From the sequence record MK962754.1: a DNA stretch of 64,000 nt, one strand, 5' to 3'. Under the pieces are notes generated by a model that saw nothing but the letters and a program-made list of their open reading frames with translations, made no database searches and was not told where the DNA came from. This document shows positions 26,460 to 40,447 of the stretch, in pieces. Within the stretch, counting starts at the first letter, position 1, and every line of letters starts with the position of its first letter. Made by a program: the position numbers and the translations under genes. The stretch is from Shigella phage JK36.

Positions 26460-27332
26460 ATGGCATTTTTTAAGCAAACTCCTAAACAATTAATCGATAC
26501 CGGCGAAATTGGTAATGCCTCAACAGGTGATATCTTATTCGACGGTGGTAATAAAATAAATGACGATATCAACGCTATTTACAATGCATTTGGCGATCAA
26601 CGTAAAATGGCTGTAGCAGATGGAACCGGACCTACAGGTCAAACTATTCATGCCACAGGTTATTATCAAAAAGGAAAGGCGGTCGATTATCAAACTCCTA
26701 TTAAACCAGGCACTATGCATGATATTGATGCTTCTGATGGTGGTGTGATTGTTATTATTGACCGTCCTGAATTAGGTGACTCTGTAGAATTCATAAACTC
26801 TAATGGGTCTATTTCTGTTAACAATCCTTTAAGTATCCAAGTAACCGATGGTTCGATTAAAGGTGTTCTTAATAATCTTGTTATTTCAACCCCTTATACC
26901 CATGTTGTTCTTCGTTGTGTTGAACTTAACGGGCCAACTTCAGTATGGAATTATTCTACTGATAGCATGTTTGGGCAGAAAGAATCTCCTGTCGATGGGA
27001 CTTGGAGTCTTACAGGAAACACAGTTTCTATTCCTCTGTTTTATCGCACAGATTATAACATGGCTAAATTGCTTGTTACATGTCAATCCGCGGACGGTAG
27101 AAAAATAAAAACATGCGAAATAAATATTCTAATAGATACAATTAACTCAGAAGTTCTTTCTACCGAATTTGCAGTAATGCGAGTTGGTAATGTAGATGAA
27201 ACCGACGAGATTGCTAATATTAGCTTTAGTATTATTAACAACTTTGCTACTATGACGATTACATCCGATATTATTGGATTACGTTCGGCAGTTAAAATTA
27301 TCTCAACTCAGAAAATTGGGGTCGCTCAATAA
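26460..27332 (+). CDS. 9: gp9 baseplate wedge tail-fiber connector
   Basis: 290 aa; synteny and similarity to T4 gp9. Confidence 0.9.
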   Translation: MAFFKQTPKQLIDTGEIGNASTGDILFDGGNKINDDINAIYNAFGDQRKMAVADGTGPTGQTIHATGYYQKGKAVDYQTPIKPGTMHDIDASDGGVIVIIDRPELGDSVEFINSNGSISVNNPLSIQVTDGSIKGVLNNLVISTPYTHVVLRCVELNGPTSVWNYSTDSMFGQKESPVDGTWSLTGNTVSIPLFYRTDYNMAKLLVTCQSADGRKIKTCEINILIDTINSEVLSTEFAVMRVGNVDETDEIANISFSIINNFATMTITSDIIGLRSAVKIISTQKIGVAQ

Positions 27333-29137
27333 TGAAACAAAATATTAAAATTGGTAACGTCGTTGATGACGGACAAGGCGATTACCTTCGTCGAGGTGGT
27401 GAAAAAATAAATGAGAACTTTGACGAAATCTATTATGAATTAGGTGATGGTGAAGTTCCTTATGCCGCTGGCGCATGGAAAACTTATGATGCGGCTGATG
27501 GTCTTAATCTTAAGGCTGCTTGGGGTAAATCTTATGCAATTAATACTACTTCTGGACGAGTTTCGGTAAATCTTCCTAAAGGAACAATTGCAGACTATAA
27601 TAAAGTTATTCGTGCTCGTGACGTATTTGCAACTTGGAACATTAACCCTGTTACTTTAATTCCGGCAAACGGAGACACGATTAAAGGTTCTTCATCTCCG
27701 GTAGAAATTAACGTTCAGTTCTCTGATTTAGAATTAGTTTATTGTGCTCCTGGACGTTGGGAATACATCAAGAACAAACAAATTGATAAAATAGTTAGCT
27801 CTGACATTAGTAATGTTGCTCGTAGAGAATATCTGGTTGAAACCCAAGGTCAGACCGATTTCATGGATGTTTTTAACGGGACCTCTTATAACGTTAACAA
27901 CATTCGCGTAAAACATCGTGGCAACGAATTGTATTATGGTGATGTATTCAGTGATAATAGTGATTTTGGTTCTCCAGGCGCTAATCCTGGTGAACTGGTT
28001 GCACTCGATGGATTTAATATTAGATTACGCCAACCATGTAATGTTGGGGACACTGTACAAATTGAGACATTCCTAGATGGTGTTTCTCAGTGGCGTAGTT
28101 CATATACTCGTCGCCAAGTTCGCATTTTAGATAGTAAATTGACTGCTAAAAAGTCTATTGACGGAAGTATTTACGTCACTGATTTGAGTACATTCAGGTC
28201 TATTCCATTTACAGCATTTGGTATTAATCCTACAGAACCACCTAACCCGAATTCGTTAGAAGTTCGCTTCAATGGTATTCTCCAAGAATTAGCTGGTACT
28301 GTTGGAACTCCTATTTTCCGTTGTGAAGGTGTGGATGCTGATTCTGAAGAGTCATGCGCTAATCTCGGTGGGACATGGACTCAATCGTATACAGATTATG
28401 CGATTGAATATACTGATAATATCCCTAGCGCAATTCTGTTTGACCGTCAATTTGAAGACCAAGACATTATTACCATCACATGGTTTAATAACGATTTAGG
28501 AACTCTTCTTGAAATGGAAGAAATCCTTGATGTCGCTGATGAGAAATATGTTTCTCAAGGGTCTAACATTGAAATTACTGGTGACGTTGCATTAACCGAT
28601 TTCGATAAAATTGGATGGCCTAATGTAGAACCTGTTCCTAAGTATGAACGTGAATTCTCGTCTATCTCAGCAATATTTGACACAATTTATCCTGTTGGGA
28701 CTATTTACGAAAATGCTGTTAACCCTAATAATCCGGCCACTTATTTAGGTTTTGGTTCATGGAAAATTTGGGGGCAAGGCAAAGTATTAGCAGGTTGGAA
28801 TGACGACGCATCCGATCCTAATTTTGCATTAAATAATAATGACCTTGACGTCAATGGTAACCCTACTCATACCGCAGGTGGTACCGTTGGTGTAACAACC
28901 ATCACATTAGAAAATGCTGATTTACCAGCTACACAAACCGATGAAAAGGTTCTTATTTCTGATGATAATGGTACGGTAATTATAGGCGGTTGCCAATACG
29001 ACCCGGATGAAGAAGGTCCTATTTACACTAAATATCGTGAAGACCATGCAAAGACTAATGAATCTCATGTTCCAGCGCGTTCTATAACTAATATTCAGCC
29101 ATCTATAACTGTATACCGTTGGGTAAGGATTGCATAA
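27332..29137 (+). CDS. 10: gp10 baseplate wedge subunit and tail pin
   Basis: 601 aa; synteny. Confidence 0.9.
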   Translation: MKQNIKIGNVVDDGQGDYLRRGGEKINENFDEIYYELGDGEVPYAAGAWKTYDAADGLNLKAAWGKSYAINTTSGRVSVNLPKGTIADYNKVIRARDVFATWNINPVTLIPANGDTIKGSSSPVEINVQFSDLELVYCAPGRWEYIKNKQIDKIVSSDISNVARREYLVETQGQTDFMDVFNGTSYNVNNIRVKHRGNELYYGDVFSDNSDFGSPGANPGELVALDGFNIRLRQPCNVGDTVQIETFLDGVSQWRSSYTRRQVRILDSKLTAKKSIDGSIYVTDLSTFRSIPFTAFGINPTEPPNPNSLEVRFNGILQELAGTVGTPIFRCEGVDADSEESCANLGGTWTQSYTDYAIEYTDNIPSAILFDRQFEDQDIITITWFNNDLGTLLEMEEILDVADEKYVSQGSNIEITGDVALTDFDKIGWPNVEPVPKYEREFSSISAIFDTIYPVGTIYENAVNPNNPATYLGFGSWKIWGQGKVLAGWNDDASDPNFALNNNDLDVNGNPTHTAGGTVGVTTITLENADLPATQTDEKVLISDDNGTVIIGGCQYDPDEEGPIYTKYREDHAKTNESHVPARSITNIQPSITVYRWVRIA

Positions 29138-29796
29138 TGACTGTACTTAATACAAAGGCGGGAGTTATTTCCCGTCATGCTGATTTTTTGAATTACAGAA
29201 AAAATCCAACTCAAATTGATGTTTTAAACAACCAAGCTGTAGGTTCCGTGACTATTTCTCAGTTAGCTCGCGGTTTTTATGATGCTAACGTAGAATCTGC
29301 AATAAATGATGTCCATAATATGGCACGAGCTGATATTGGTACTGTTGTCACAAACACTTCAGGCATATCGCCTGAAGGTACAGCACAAGTTGATTATTGG
29401 ACTTTTTCTGGTGATGTTCTCGACGATACTTTGGCCCCTGGAACGCCGGTCGTTATTAACGTATTTGGACTTGCTGTTAAAGCAACAATTGGTATGACTG
29501 ATAACGAATTAACGGCACAAGTTCGTATAGCTTTACAAGAAGCCATTGCTAATCAAATCGCTATTTCTTCTTATAAAGACCATCCGTCTGAAGGTAATAA
29601 ACTTCAGGTGACATATTTAGATAACCAACGTCATGTGTTGCCAACATATGCTTCGTTTGGTGTAACAATTTCGCAAGAAATTTTGTCTGAAGCAAAATCC
29701 GGATACGGAACATGGAATTTATTGGGTGCCCAAACGGTTACTCTTGATAACCATGATACTCCTACCGTTTTCTACCACTTTGTGAGAGCCTCATGA
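29137..29796 (+). CDS. 11: gp11 baseplate wedge subunit and tail pin
   Basis: Start at ATG 29137 overlapping gene 10 stop (TAATG); 219 aa as T4 gp11. Confidence 0.9.
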   Translation: MTVLNTKAGVISRHADFLNYRKNPTQIDVLNNQAVGSVTISQLARGFYDANVESAINDVHNMARADIGTVVTNTSGISPEGTAQVDYWTFSGDVLDDTLAPGTPVVINVFGLAVKATIGMTDNELTAQVRIALQEAIANQIAISSYKDHPSEGNKLQVTYLDNQRHVLPTYASFGVTISQEILSEAKSGYGTWNLLGAQTVTLDNHDTPTVFYHFVRAS

Positions 29797-31376
29797 GTAA
29801 TAACAATACATACCAACACGTTTCAAACGAATCCATTTACGTTGAATTCGACCCTACGGGGTCGAATTTTCCAGACACAGTCACTAATGTCCAAGCCGCA
29901 TTAGCTGCCATTTCTCCTTCAGGTGTTAATGGCGTACCGGAAGCAACAACTACTACACCAGGAATTATTCAAATAGCTACTCCACAAGAAGTTATTGATG
30001 GATTAGATAATAGTAAAGCTGTTACTCCGGCAACACTGAATGCTCGTCTACAATATCCTAATGCAACTGAAACTCAATATGGCTTAACTCGTTATGCTAC
30101 TGAAGATGAAGCAGTAACCGGAACTATTGACGATGCATCAATTACTCCGCTTAAATTGAATCAAAAAATAGACAATGTATTTCAGACAAAAGTGTCAACA
30201 GAAGCAACAAATGGTGTAATTAAAATTTCAACTTCTGCTGCGGCATTAGCTGGTTCTGACGATACAACGGCAATGACCCCGTTAAAAACACAACAATTAG
30301 CAATTAAACTTATTTCACAAATTGCTCCAAATAATGGTGACGCCACCGAATCTATTACCGGTGTTGTTCGTTTGGCTACAGTTGCTCAAGCGCAACAAGG
30401 CACCCTTCGTGAAGGCTATGCAATTTCACCTTATACCTTTATGAATTCAGTAGCATCAGAAACTAATAAAGGTGTCGTTAAACTAGGGACACAGACCGAA
30501 GTAAATAGTAACAACTCTTCAGTTGTAGTGACCGGCGCAACATTAAACGGGCGTGGGGCTACAACTTCTTTACGTGGAGTTGTTCGTTTAACTACACAAG
30601 CGGGTAGCCAATCAGGTGGTGATGGTTCTTCTGCCCTTGCTTGGAATGCTGATGTTATCCACCAACGAGGCGGACAAACTATTAATGGCACACTTCGCAT
30701 TAATAATACGTTGACGGTTGGTTCTGGTGGCGCTAATATAACGGGTAATGTCAATATGACCGGCGGTTATATTCAAGGCAATCGTATTGTGACTCAAAAT
30801 GAATTAGACCGAATTCTTCCAGTTGGCGCTATTACAATGTGGGCTGCAGATAGTTTACCGAGTTCTGACTGGCGCTTCTGCCACGGTGGGACCGTTTCTG
30901 CTTCAGAATGTCCGGTATATGCTTCTAGAATTGGGACACGATATGGTGGTAGTTCTTCTAACCCAGGCTTGCCTGATATGCGTGGATTATTTGTTCGCGG
31001 CTCAGGTCGTGGTAACCATTTAACTAACCCTAATGTTAATGGTAATGACCAATTCGGTAAGCCTCGTCTGGCGGTAGGTTGTACCGGTGGATATGTCGGT
31101 GAAGTGCAAAAACAACAGATGTCGTATCATAAGCATGCTGGTGGTTTTGGCGAACATGACGATTCCGGTGCATTTGGTAATACTCGTCGTTCAAACTTTG
31201 TTGGTACTCGTAAAGGACTTGACTGGGATAACCGTTCATATTTTACTAACGAAGGATATGAAATTGATCCAGCGTCTCAGCGTAACTCTAAATATACCAT
31301 GAATCGTCCAGAATTAATTGGAAATGAAACTCGTCCATGGAATATTTCTTTAAACTATATCATTAAGGTAAAATAA
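29793..31376 (+). CDS. 12: gp12 short tail fiber
   Basis: 527 aa as T4 gp12; synteny. Confidence 0.9.
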   Translation: MSNNNTYQHVSNESIYVEFDPTGSNFPDTVTNVQAALAAISPSGVNGVPEATTTTPGIIQIATPQEVIDGLDNSKAVTPATLNARLQYPNATETQYGLTRYATEDEAVTGTIDDASITPLKLNQKIDNVFQTKVSTEATNGVIKISTSAAALAGSDDTTAMTPLKTQQLAIKLISQIAPNNGDATESITGVVRLATVAQAQQGTLREGYAISPYTFMNSVASETNKGVVKLGTQTEVNSNNSSVVVTGATLNGRGATTSLRGVVRLTTQAGSQSGGDGSSALAWNADVIHQRGGQTINGTLRINNTLTVGSGGANITGNVNMTGGYIQGNRIVTQNELDRILPVGAITMWAADSLPSSDWRFCHGGTVSASECPVYASRIGTRYGGSSSNPGLPDMRGLFVRGSGRGNHLTNPNVNGNDQFGKPRLAVGCTGGYVGEVQKQQMSYHKHAGGFGEHDDSGAFGNTRRSNFVGTRKGLDWDNRSYFTNEGYEIDPASQRNSKYTMNRPELIGNETRPWNISLNYIIKVK

Positions 31377-32824
31377 TGGCTGATATAACTCTGGTAGATT
31401 TACCATATGTTGACGGCCCGCCAGACGCGGGTCAGAGTCGTATTGAATGGATTAAAAACGATGAAGAAATAACAGGTGCTGACACAAAATACGGTTCTGA
31501 AGGTGTAATGAACCGCCCTATTGTTGAAGTTCAACGTAACGTAGAAGCGTTAGATGTTAATATTAAAACTATAGCATCTTCTTTGAATACGGCCAATGAA
31601 GATATCAAAGTTATTCAAGGTATTTTAGATGTTTCTGGGGATGTTGATGCTCTTGCACAGATAGGCCAGAACACCCAAGATATTGATGTCATTAAAGTCA
31701 CAGTTCAAACCCATGCTAGTGAATTGAATGATTTGAATGAACATATTGATGCGAATACTGATGATATTGGTGTTTATAATCAGGAAACAGATTCAGTTTA
31801 TAGAACGGTTCGTAACGACCTGCTTTGGATTAAAAATGAATTAGGACAATATACTGGTCAAGATATTAATGGGGTTCCTACTCCAGGAAATGATAGCACT
31901 GGTATGAAACGCCGTATTATGACTAATAGCTCCGTAATTGTTGACCACGGTGTTCGATTAACTGATTTAGAAACTAAATTTGCTGATTCTGACGTCGGCT
32001 CTTTAACTATTGAAGTCGAACACTTGCGCGAAGAAATGGGGCCTCGTACTTCTTTCACTACTCCAGTGTTTAGTCGTCTTTCCGGTATTGATTTAACTTT
32101 GTCGCGTCAAAATGCTGACTTGGATGGCATTAAACAGTCTATTGGGTATCCTAATACGACTTCTATTATTACTACCACTAATGCAAATAGTTCAGCAATA
32201 AATGACATTAATCTTGAGCTCAATCAATCAGGTGGTATTAAACCTCGTTTGACTACGGTAGAAACTGCCATTGGCGCCGATGATTTGCCTACTACAATCC
32301 AAGGACGTATTAAACTCAATACTGATGCTATCGGAGCATTGAACACTGTTGTCGGCTCTGATTCTTCGTCAGGACTGCGTTTTAATGTGTCATGGTTAAA
32401 TAACGTAGTTGGTGTTGACGCTTCAGGTGGGAAACCGGAACCAGACGGCTCTTTGCTTTATCGTACTCGAGAGCTTGAAGGAACTATCAGTGGGATGAGT
32501 AATGACATTCAGAACATTCAAACTGATGTTGGGACTAATAGCACAGGAATTAAGGGTTCTGTAAACACATTAAATACTCTTATAAATGGCACCAACCCAA
32601 ATGGTTCGACTGTTGAAGAACGCGGTATATTGCCTACAGTTAAAAGTCATGATATGACAATTAATGGTTTAACTTCTAGAATTGCTACTCTTGAAACTGA
32701 TTTGGCCGCTGCAGAAGCTGAAATCCAAACTCTTAAGGACGCTGGATATATTGAAGATGCTCCTTCAGACGGTAAATTCTATGTTCGCAAAGATGGTGCA
32801 TGGGTTGAACTTCCTACAGCTTAA
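31376..32824 (+). CDS. wac: fibritin (neck whiskers)
   Basis: 482 aa coiled-coil protein with C-terminal foldon-like GYIEDAPSDGKFYVRKDGAWVELP. Confidence 0.9.
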   Translation: MADITLVDLPYVDGPPDAGQSRIEWIKNDEEITGADTKYGSEGVMNRPIVEVQRNVEALDVNIKTIASSLNTANEDIKVIQGILDVSGDVDALAQIGQNTQDIDVIKVTVQTHASELNDLNEHIDANTDDIGVYNQETDSVYRTVRNDLLWIKNELGQYTGQDINGVPTPGNDSTGMKRRIMTNSSVIVDHGVRLTDLETKFADSDVGSLTIEVEHLREEMGPRTSFTTPVFSRLSGIDLTLSRQNADLDGIKQSIGYPNTTSIITTTNANSSAINDINLELNQSGGIKPRLTTVETAIGADDLPTTIQGRIKLNTDAIGALNTVVGSDSSSGLRFNVSWLNNVVGVDASGGKPEPDGSLLYRTRELEGTISGMSNDIQNIQTDVGTNSTGIKGSVNTLNTLINGTNPNGSTVEERGILPTVKSHDMTINGLTSRIATLETDLAAAEAEIQTLKDAGYIEDAPSDGKFYVRKDGAWVELPTA

Positions 32825-32830
32825 TGAAAA

Positions 32831-32844
32831 GGGCCTTCGGGCCC
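32831..32844 (+). terminator. stem-loop / weak terminator after wac
   Basis: GGGCC-TTCG-GGCCC hairpin (UUCG tetraloop); T-tract weak. Confidence 0.35.
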
Positions 32845-32856
32845 TAAAGGATTTAT

Positions 32857-33783
32857 ATGTCAGGTTATAATGCACAAAACCCTAAAGAATTAAAGGATGT
32901 AATATTACGTCGTTTAGGCGCTCCTATTGTAAATGTTGAATTAACTACGGACCAAATTTATGATTGTATTTCACGAGCGTTAGAACTTTATGGCGAATAC
33001 CATTTTGACGGGTTGAATAAAGGTTTCCATGTATTTTTTGTTGATGACGAAGAAAAATACCGTCACGGCGTATTTGATATGCGTGGTTCTAACGTATTTG
33101 CCGTAACAAGAATTATAAGAACAAATGTTGGCTCTATTACTTCAATGGATGGTAATGCAACTTATCCATGGTTCACCGATTTCCTTTTAGGAATGGCTGG
33201 TGTTTCAGGTGGTATGGGTAGTAATTGTGGTAAATTCTACGGTCCGAACGCTTTTGGCGCTGACCTCGGGTATTATTCTCAATTAGTATCTTATATGGGT
33301 ATGCTTCAAGATATGATTGCTCCTCTTCCAGATTTTTGGTTTAACTCTGCAAACGAGCAATTAAAAGTAATGGGTAACTTTAGACAGAAAGATGTCATTA
33401 TCGTTGAATCGTATGTTCGCTCTTATATCGAGACCCATAAGATGGTAGGAAATACAGTAGGGTACGGACAGGTTGGTCCTCGTGATTCATGGTCTATTTC
33501 TGAACGTTATGATAATCCAGACCATAATTTGGTCGGACGTCGAGTTGGTGAAGATCCTGCAACTAAACAAGGCGCATATAACAACCGCTGGGTTAAAGAT
33601 TATGCAACTGCATTAGCTAAAGAGCTTAATGGACAAATTCTTGCTAAACATCAAGGTATGATGTTACCTGGTGGCGTCACTGTTGATGGTGTTCGATTAA
33701 TTGAAGAAGCTCGTTTAGAGAAAGAAGCTTTACGAGAAGAGTTATATTTACTGGACCCTCCTGCAGGTATTTTGGTAGGTTAA
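32857..33783 (+). CDS. 13: gp13 neck protein
   Basis: 308 aa; synteny. Confidence 0.9.
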   Translation: MSGYNAQNPKELKDVILRRLGAPIVNVELTTDQIYDCISRALELYGEYHFDGLNKGFHVFFVDDEEKYRHGVFDMRGSNVFAVTRIIRTNVGSITSMDGNATYPWFTDFLLGMAGVSGGMGSNCGKFYGPNAFGADLGYYSQLVSYMGMLQDMIAPLPDFWFNSANEQLKVMGNFRQKDVIIVESYVRSYIETHKMVGNTVGYGQVGPRDSWSISERYDNPDHNLVGRRVGEDPATKQGAYNNRWVKDYATALAKELNGQILAKHQGMMLPGGVTVDGVRLIEEARLEKEALREELYLLDPPAGILVG

Positions 33784-33784
33784 T

Positions 33785-34549
33785 ATGGCAACTTATGATA
33801 AAAATCTTTTCGCCAAGCTAGAAAATCGTGGTGGGTATTCTCAGACAAATGAGACCGAAATCCTCAATCCATTTGTCAATTTTAATAATTATGAGAATAG
33901 TCAGACATTAGCCGATGTTCTAGTGGCAGAAAGCATACAGATGCGCGGTATTGAATGTTTTTATGTTCCACGTGAATATGTTGCCGTGGACCTTATCTTT
34001 GGTGAGGACCTTAAAAATAAATTTACTAAAGCATGGAAATTTGCTGCATATCTGAACTCTTTTGAAGGTTATGAAGGAGCGAAATCGTTCTTCAGCAACT
34101 TCGGAATGCAAGTTCAAGACGAGGTTACATTATCTATTAACCCGGGCCTTTTCAAACACCAGGTCAACAATCAGGAGCCTAAGGAAGGTGATTTAATATA
34201 CTTCCCAATGGACAACAGTTTGTTTGAGATTAACTGGGTTGAACCATATGACCCATTCTATCAAGTAGGTAAAAATGCGATTCGTAAAATTACTGCAGGC
34301 AAGTTTATTTACTCTGGCGAAGAAATCAATCCGGTGCTTCAGAAAAATGAAGGTATCAATATACCTGAATTTAGTGACTTGGAACTTAACCCTGTTAGAA
34401 ATCTTGACGGTATCCATGACATTAATATCGATGAATATTCTGAAGTTGAGCAAATCAATTCAGAGGCAAGTGAATACGTTGAGCCGTATGTAGTAGTTAA
34501 CAACCGTGGTAGACAAAATTCACCATTTGACGATGGGTTTATGAATTAA
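33785..34549 (+). CDS. 14: gp14 neck protein
   Basis: 254 aa; synteny. Confidence 0.9.
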   Translation: MATYDKNLFAKLENRGGYSQTNETEILNPFVNFNNYENSQTLADVLVAESIQMRGIECFYVPREYVAVDLIFGEDLKNKFTKAWKFAAYLNSFEGYEGAKSFFSNFGMQVQDEVTLSINPGLFKHQVNNQEPKEGDLIYFPMDNSLFEINWVEPYDPFYQVGKNAIRKITAGKFIYSGEEINPVLQKNEGINIPEFSDLELNPVRNLDGIHDINIDEYSEVEQINSEASEYVEPYVVVNNRGRQNSPFDDGFMN

Positions 34550-34572
34550 TAAATAGATAAGATAAAGCAAAC

Positions 34573-34590
34573 ACCGGTCGAAAGGCCGGT
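34573..34590 (+). other. GNRA-tetraloop hairpin between genes 14 and 15
   Basis: ACCGGTC-GAAA-GGCCGGT, 7-bp stem with GAAA loop, just upstream of gene 15 RBS. Confidence 0.35.
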
Positions 34591-34601
34591 TAGGAGAAAT
34601 G

Positions 34602-35423
34602 ATGTTTGGTTATTTTTACAACTCGTCGTTCAGGCGATATATCACAATGATGGGCGATTTGTTTTCAAATATCCAAGTTAACCGTCAATTGTCTACAGGC
34701 AATAAATTAATTAGAGTTCCTATTACGTATGCATCTAAAGAGCACTTTATGATGAAACTTAATAAATGGACCTCTATAAACTCACAAGAAGATGTGGCTA
34801 AAGTCGAAACTATTCTACCACGTATAAATCTCCAAATGGTAGATTTCGTTTATAACCCAACGTTTAAAACGAATATATTGAATAACTCTCTTTTGAGTAA
34901 ATCGACTAAGGATATTGTAGACCAATACAACCCATCACCAATTAAAATGATTTTTGAACTGAGCATCTTTACTCGTTATGAAGATGATATGTTCCAAATT
35001 GTTGAGCAAATTATTCCATATTTTCAGCCGCATTTTAATACGACTATGATTGAGCAATATGGGCAGGATATTCCATTTGAAAGGGATATTAAAGTCGTAT
35101 GGATGGCAGCAGCAATGGATGAACAAATAGACGGTGATAATTTATCTCGTCGACGTTTAGAGTGGTCATTAACATTTGAAGTAAATGGATGGATGTATCC
35201 TCCGGTAGGCGCAGCTGAAGGCCTTATTAAAACGACTTATCTTGATTTTCATGCTAATGAACGAGACCTTCAAACAGCCGCCAGTGTTTTTGAATCAGTT
35301 GATACAGAAATTAAACCGAGAGACGTTGAAGCACAAGATTGGAATGGTGAAGTTGAACAAACTTATACTCATGATATTCCAATCCCGACTCCACCAACCC
35401 CTCCTGGTCCTAGAAAACAATAA
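34602..35423 (+). CDS. 15: gp15 tail sheath stabilizer and completion protein
   Basis: Start at second ATG (MFGYFYNSSF...) for RBS spacing; 273 aa. Confidence 0.85.
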   Translation: MFGYFYNSSFRRYITMMGDLFSNIQVNRQLSTGNKLIRVPITYASKEHFMMKLNKWTSINSQEDVAKVETILPRINLQMVDFVYNPTFKTNILNNSLLSKSTKDIVDQYNPSPIKMIFELSIFTRYEDDMFQIVEQIIPYFQPHFNTTMIEQYGQDIPFERDIKVVWMAAAMDEQIDGDNLSRRRLEWSLTFEVNGWMYPPVGAAEGLIKTTYLDFHANERDLQTAASVFESVDTEIKPRDVEAQDWNGEVEQTYTHDIPIPTPPTPPGPRKQ

Positions 35424-37749
<2,326 letters not shown>

Positions 37750-37776
37750 AAATAAAGCAAATTAAGAGGAATTAAA

Positions 37777-39759
37777 ATGTCACTTCTCTCTCCGGGCGTT
37801 GAGCTCAAAGAAACTACCGTACAGAGTACTGTAGTTAATAACTCCACTGGTACTGCTGCCCTGGCTGGAAAATTCCAATGGGGACCTGCATTCCAGATTA
37901 AACAAATCACTGATGAAGTTGCATTAGTTGATATGTTTGGTACTCCTAATACGGATACAGCAGATTATTTCATGTCTGCTATGAACTTCCTTCAATATGG
38001 TAATGACCTTCGTGTTGTACGCGCAGTTGACCGTGATACTGCTAAGAACTCATCTCCTGTAGCAGGCAATATTGAATTCACAATCTCTGCTGCTGGTAGT
38101 AACTATGCAGTTGGTGATAAAATTATCGTTAAGTATTTGACCGAAACTGTTGAAGCAGATGGTTATGTCACTTCAGTTGATGTCGATGGTAAAATTCTTA
38201 ACATTTATATCCCAACCGGTAAAATTATTGCTCGTGCAAAAGAAATTAATGAATATCCGGCATTGGGTTCTAACTGGACCGCCGAAGTTGCCAGTTCTTC
38301 TTCTGGACTCTCTGGCGTTATTACAATTGGTTCTATCGTAACCGATTCGGGTATTCTGTTAACTGAAGTTGAAACTTCTGAAGAAGCTATTACTTCTCTA
38401 ACTTTCCAAGAATCTATTAAAAAATATGGTGTCCCAGGCGTAGTTGCTCTTTATCCTGGTGAACTTGGCGACCAGCTCGAAATTGAAATCGTATCTAAAG
38501 CAGACTACGACAAAGGTGCTTCAGCCCAGTTAAAAATTTATCCTGATGGTGGTACTCGCGCATCTACTGCTAAAGCAATATTTGGGTATGGCCCACAAAC
38601 TGATGACCAATATGCAATTATCGTTCGTCGTAACGATGCTGTAGTCCAGAGTGTAGTTCTTTCTACTAAACGCGGTGAACGCGATATTTATGGTAGTAAT
38701 ATCTTTATTGATGATTTCTTTGCTAAAGGCGCAAGCAATTATATTTTCGCTACTGCACAAGGTTGGCCAAAAGGTTTCTCTGGCGTAATCAAACTGGGTG
38801 GTGGCTTATCATCTAATGAAACGGTTGACGCTGGTGATTTAATGGAAGCTTGGGATTTGTTTGCTGACCGTGAATCTGTTAATGCGCAGTTGTTTATTGC
38901 CGGTTCTTGTGCAGGTGAATCTTTAGAAGTTGCTTCTACAGTTCAGAAACATGTTGTAGCAATTGGTGATTCTCGTCAAGATTGCTTGGTTCTTTGCTCA
39001 CCGCCACGTGCAACTATAGTCGGTATTCCTGTTAATCGTGCAGTTGATAATCTGGTTGATTGGCGTACTGCGTCAGGAACTTACACTGATAATAACTTTA
39101 ATGTAAGTTCTACTTATGCTGCTATTGACGGTAACTATAAATATCAATATGACAAATATAATGACGTGAATCGTTGGGTTCCATTAGCTGCTGATATCGC
39201 TGGTCTTTGTGCTCGTACAGACAATATTTCTCAGCCTTGGATGTCTCCAGCCGGTTATAACCGTGGACAAATTCTTAACGTTATTAAGCTTGCAATTGAA
39301 ACTCGTCAACCACAGCGTGATCGTTTGTATCAGGAAGCTATTAACCCTGTTACTGGTACCGGTGGTGATGGGTATGTTCTGTACGGTGATAAAACTGCCA
39401 CTTCTGTTCCTTCACCATTTGACCGTATTAACGTTCGTCGTTTGTTCAATATGGTTAAAACGAACATTGGTTCAGCATCCAAATATCGCCTGTTTGAATT
39501 GAACAACGCATTTACCCGTTCTTCTTTCCGTACAGAGACTTCTCAATATCTACAGGGTATTAAAGCTCTCGGTGGTGTATATAACTTTAAAGTTGTTTGT
39601 GATACTACCAATAACACCCCAGCAGTTATCGACCGTAATGAATTTGTAGCTACTTTCTACTTACAACCTGCCCGCTCGATAAATTATATTACGTTGAACT
39701 TTGTAGCAACAGCAACTGGTGCCGATTTCGACGAACTGATTGGTGCTGTAGGTGGTTAA
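37777..39759 (+). CDS. 18: gp18 tail sheath protein
   Basis: 660 aa; synteny and similarity. Confidence 0.95.
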   Translation: MSLLSPGVELKETTVQSTVVNNSTGTAALAGKFQWGPAFQIKQITDEVALVDMFGTPNTDTADYFMSAMNFLQYGNDLRVVRAVDRDTAKNSSPVAGNIEFTISAAGSNYAVGDKIIVKYLTETVEADGYVTSVDVDGKILNIYIPTGKIIARAKEINEYPALGSNWTAEVASSSSGLSGVITIGSIVTDSGILLTEVETSEEAITSLTFQESIKKYGVPGVVALYPGELGDQLEIEIVSKADYDKGASAQLKIYPDGGTRASTAKAIFGYGPQTDDQYAIIVRRNDAVVQSVVLSTKRGERDIYGSNIFIDDFFAKGASNYIFATAQGWPKGFSGVIKLGGGLSSNETVDAGDLMEAWDLFADRESVNAQLFIAGSCAGESLEVASTVQKHVVAIGDSRQDCLVLCSPPRATIVGIPVNRAVDNLVDWRTASGTYTDNNFNVSSTYAAIDGNYKYQYDKYNDVNRWVPLAADIAGLCARTDNISQPWMSPAGYNRGQILNVIKLAIETRQPQRDRLYQEAINPVTGTGGDGYVLYGDKTATSVPSPFDRINVRRLFNMVKTNIGSASKYRLFELNNAFTRSSFRTETSQYLQGIKALGGVYNFKVVCDTTNNTPAVIDRNEFVATFYLQPARSINYITLNFVATATGADFDELIGAVGG

Positions 39760-39791
39760 TAAGACGCCTGATGGGCTATTTCGGTAGCCCA

Positions 39792-39799
39792 TATAAATA
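39792..39799 (+). promoter_or_regulatory. T4 late promoter TATAAATA (gene 19)
   Basis: Exact TATAAATA after GGGCTA..TAGCCC hairpin, upstream of gene 19. Confidence 0.5.
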
Positions 39800-39871
39800 T
39801 ACTATATCGTTTAAAAATTAATTCTATGGGCATCAGGTTAATCCTAAGCCCATATTACTACAGAGGCTAAT

Positions 39872-40363
39872 ATGTTTGTAGATGACGTAACTCGTGCCTT
39901 CGAATCAGGTGATTTCGCTCGCCCTAACCTGTTCGAAGTAGAAATCTCTTATCTTGGGCAAAACTTTAGCTTCCAGTGTCGTGCTACGGCTCTTCCTGCT
40001 GCGATTGTTGAAAAGGTTCCTGTTTCTTATATGAACCGTAAAATTAACGTGGCCGGTGATCGTACATTCGATGATTGGACTATTACAGTAATGAACGATG
40101 ATGCTCATAGCATTCGTCAGAAATTTGTTGATTGGCAAGGTATTGCAGCAGGACAAGGTAATGAAATTACCGGTGGTAAACCTGCTGAATATAAAAAGTC
40201 TGCTATCGTTCGTCAATTTGCTCGTGATGCTAAAACGGTCACTAAAGAAGTTGAAATTGTCGGTTTGTGGCCTACTAACGTTGGTGAAGTATCTCTTGAT
40301 TGGGATTCGAATAACGAGATTGAAACGTTCGAAGTAACTCTTGCTCTTGATTGGTGGGAATAA
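39872..40363 (+). CDS. 19: gp19 tail tube protein
   Basis: 163 aa as T4 gp19. Confidence 0.95.
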   Translation: MFVDDVTRAFESGDFARPNLFEVEISYLGQNFSFQCRATALPAAIVEKVPVSYMNRKINVAGDRTFDDWTITVMNDDAHSIRQKFVDWQGIAAGQGNEITGGKPAEYKKSAIVRQFARDAKTVTKEVEIVGLWPTNVGEVSLDWDSNNEIETFEVTLALDWWE

Positions 40364-40411
40364 TCTGGTTGGGGAGAAATCCCCAGCTTCCCGTGATGAC
40401 GGAGAAGTCCA

Positions 40412-40419
40412 TATAAATA
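40412..40419 (+). promoter_or_regulatory. T4 late promoter TATAAATA (gene 20)
   Basis: Exact TATAAATA 29 nt upstream of gene 20 ATG. Confidence 0.6.
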
Positions 40420-40447
40420 TAACTATAATTCCCATTCGGAGAATACA

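Noticed and set aside
39905-40435. Minus-strand 176-aa ORF across gene 19
   Set aside because: Antisense to the tail tube gene, which is strongly supported by similarity and a late promoter.
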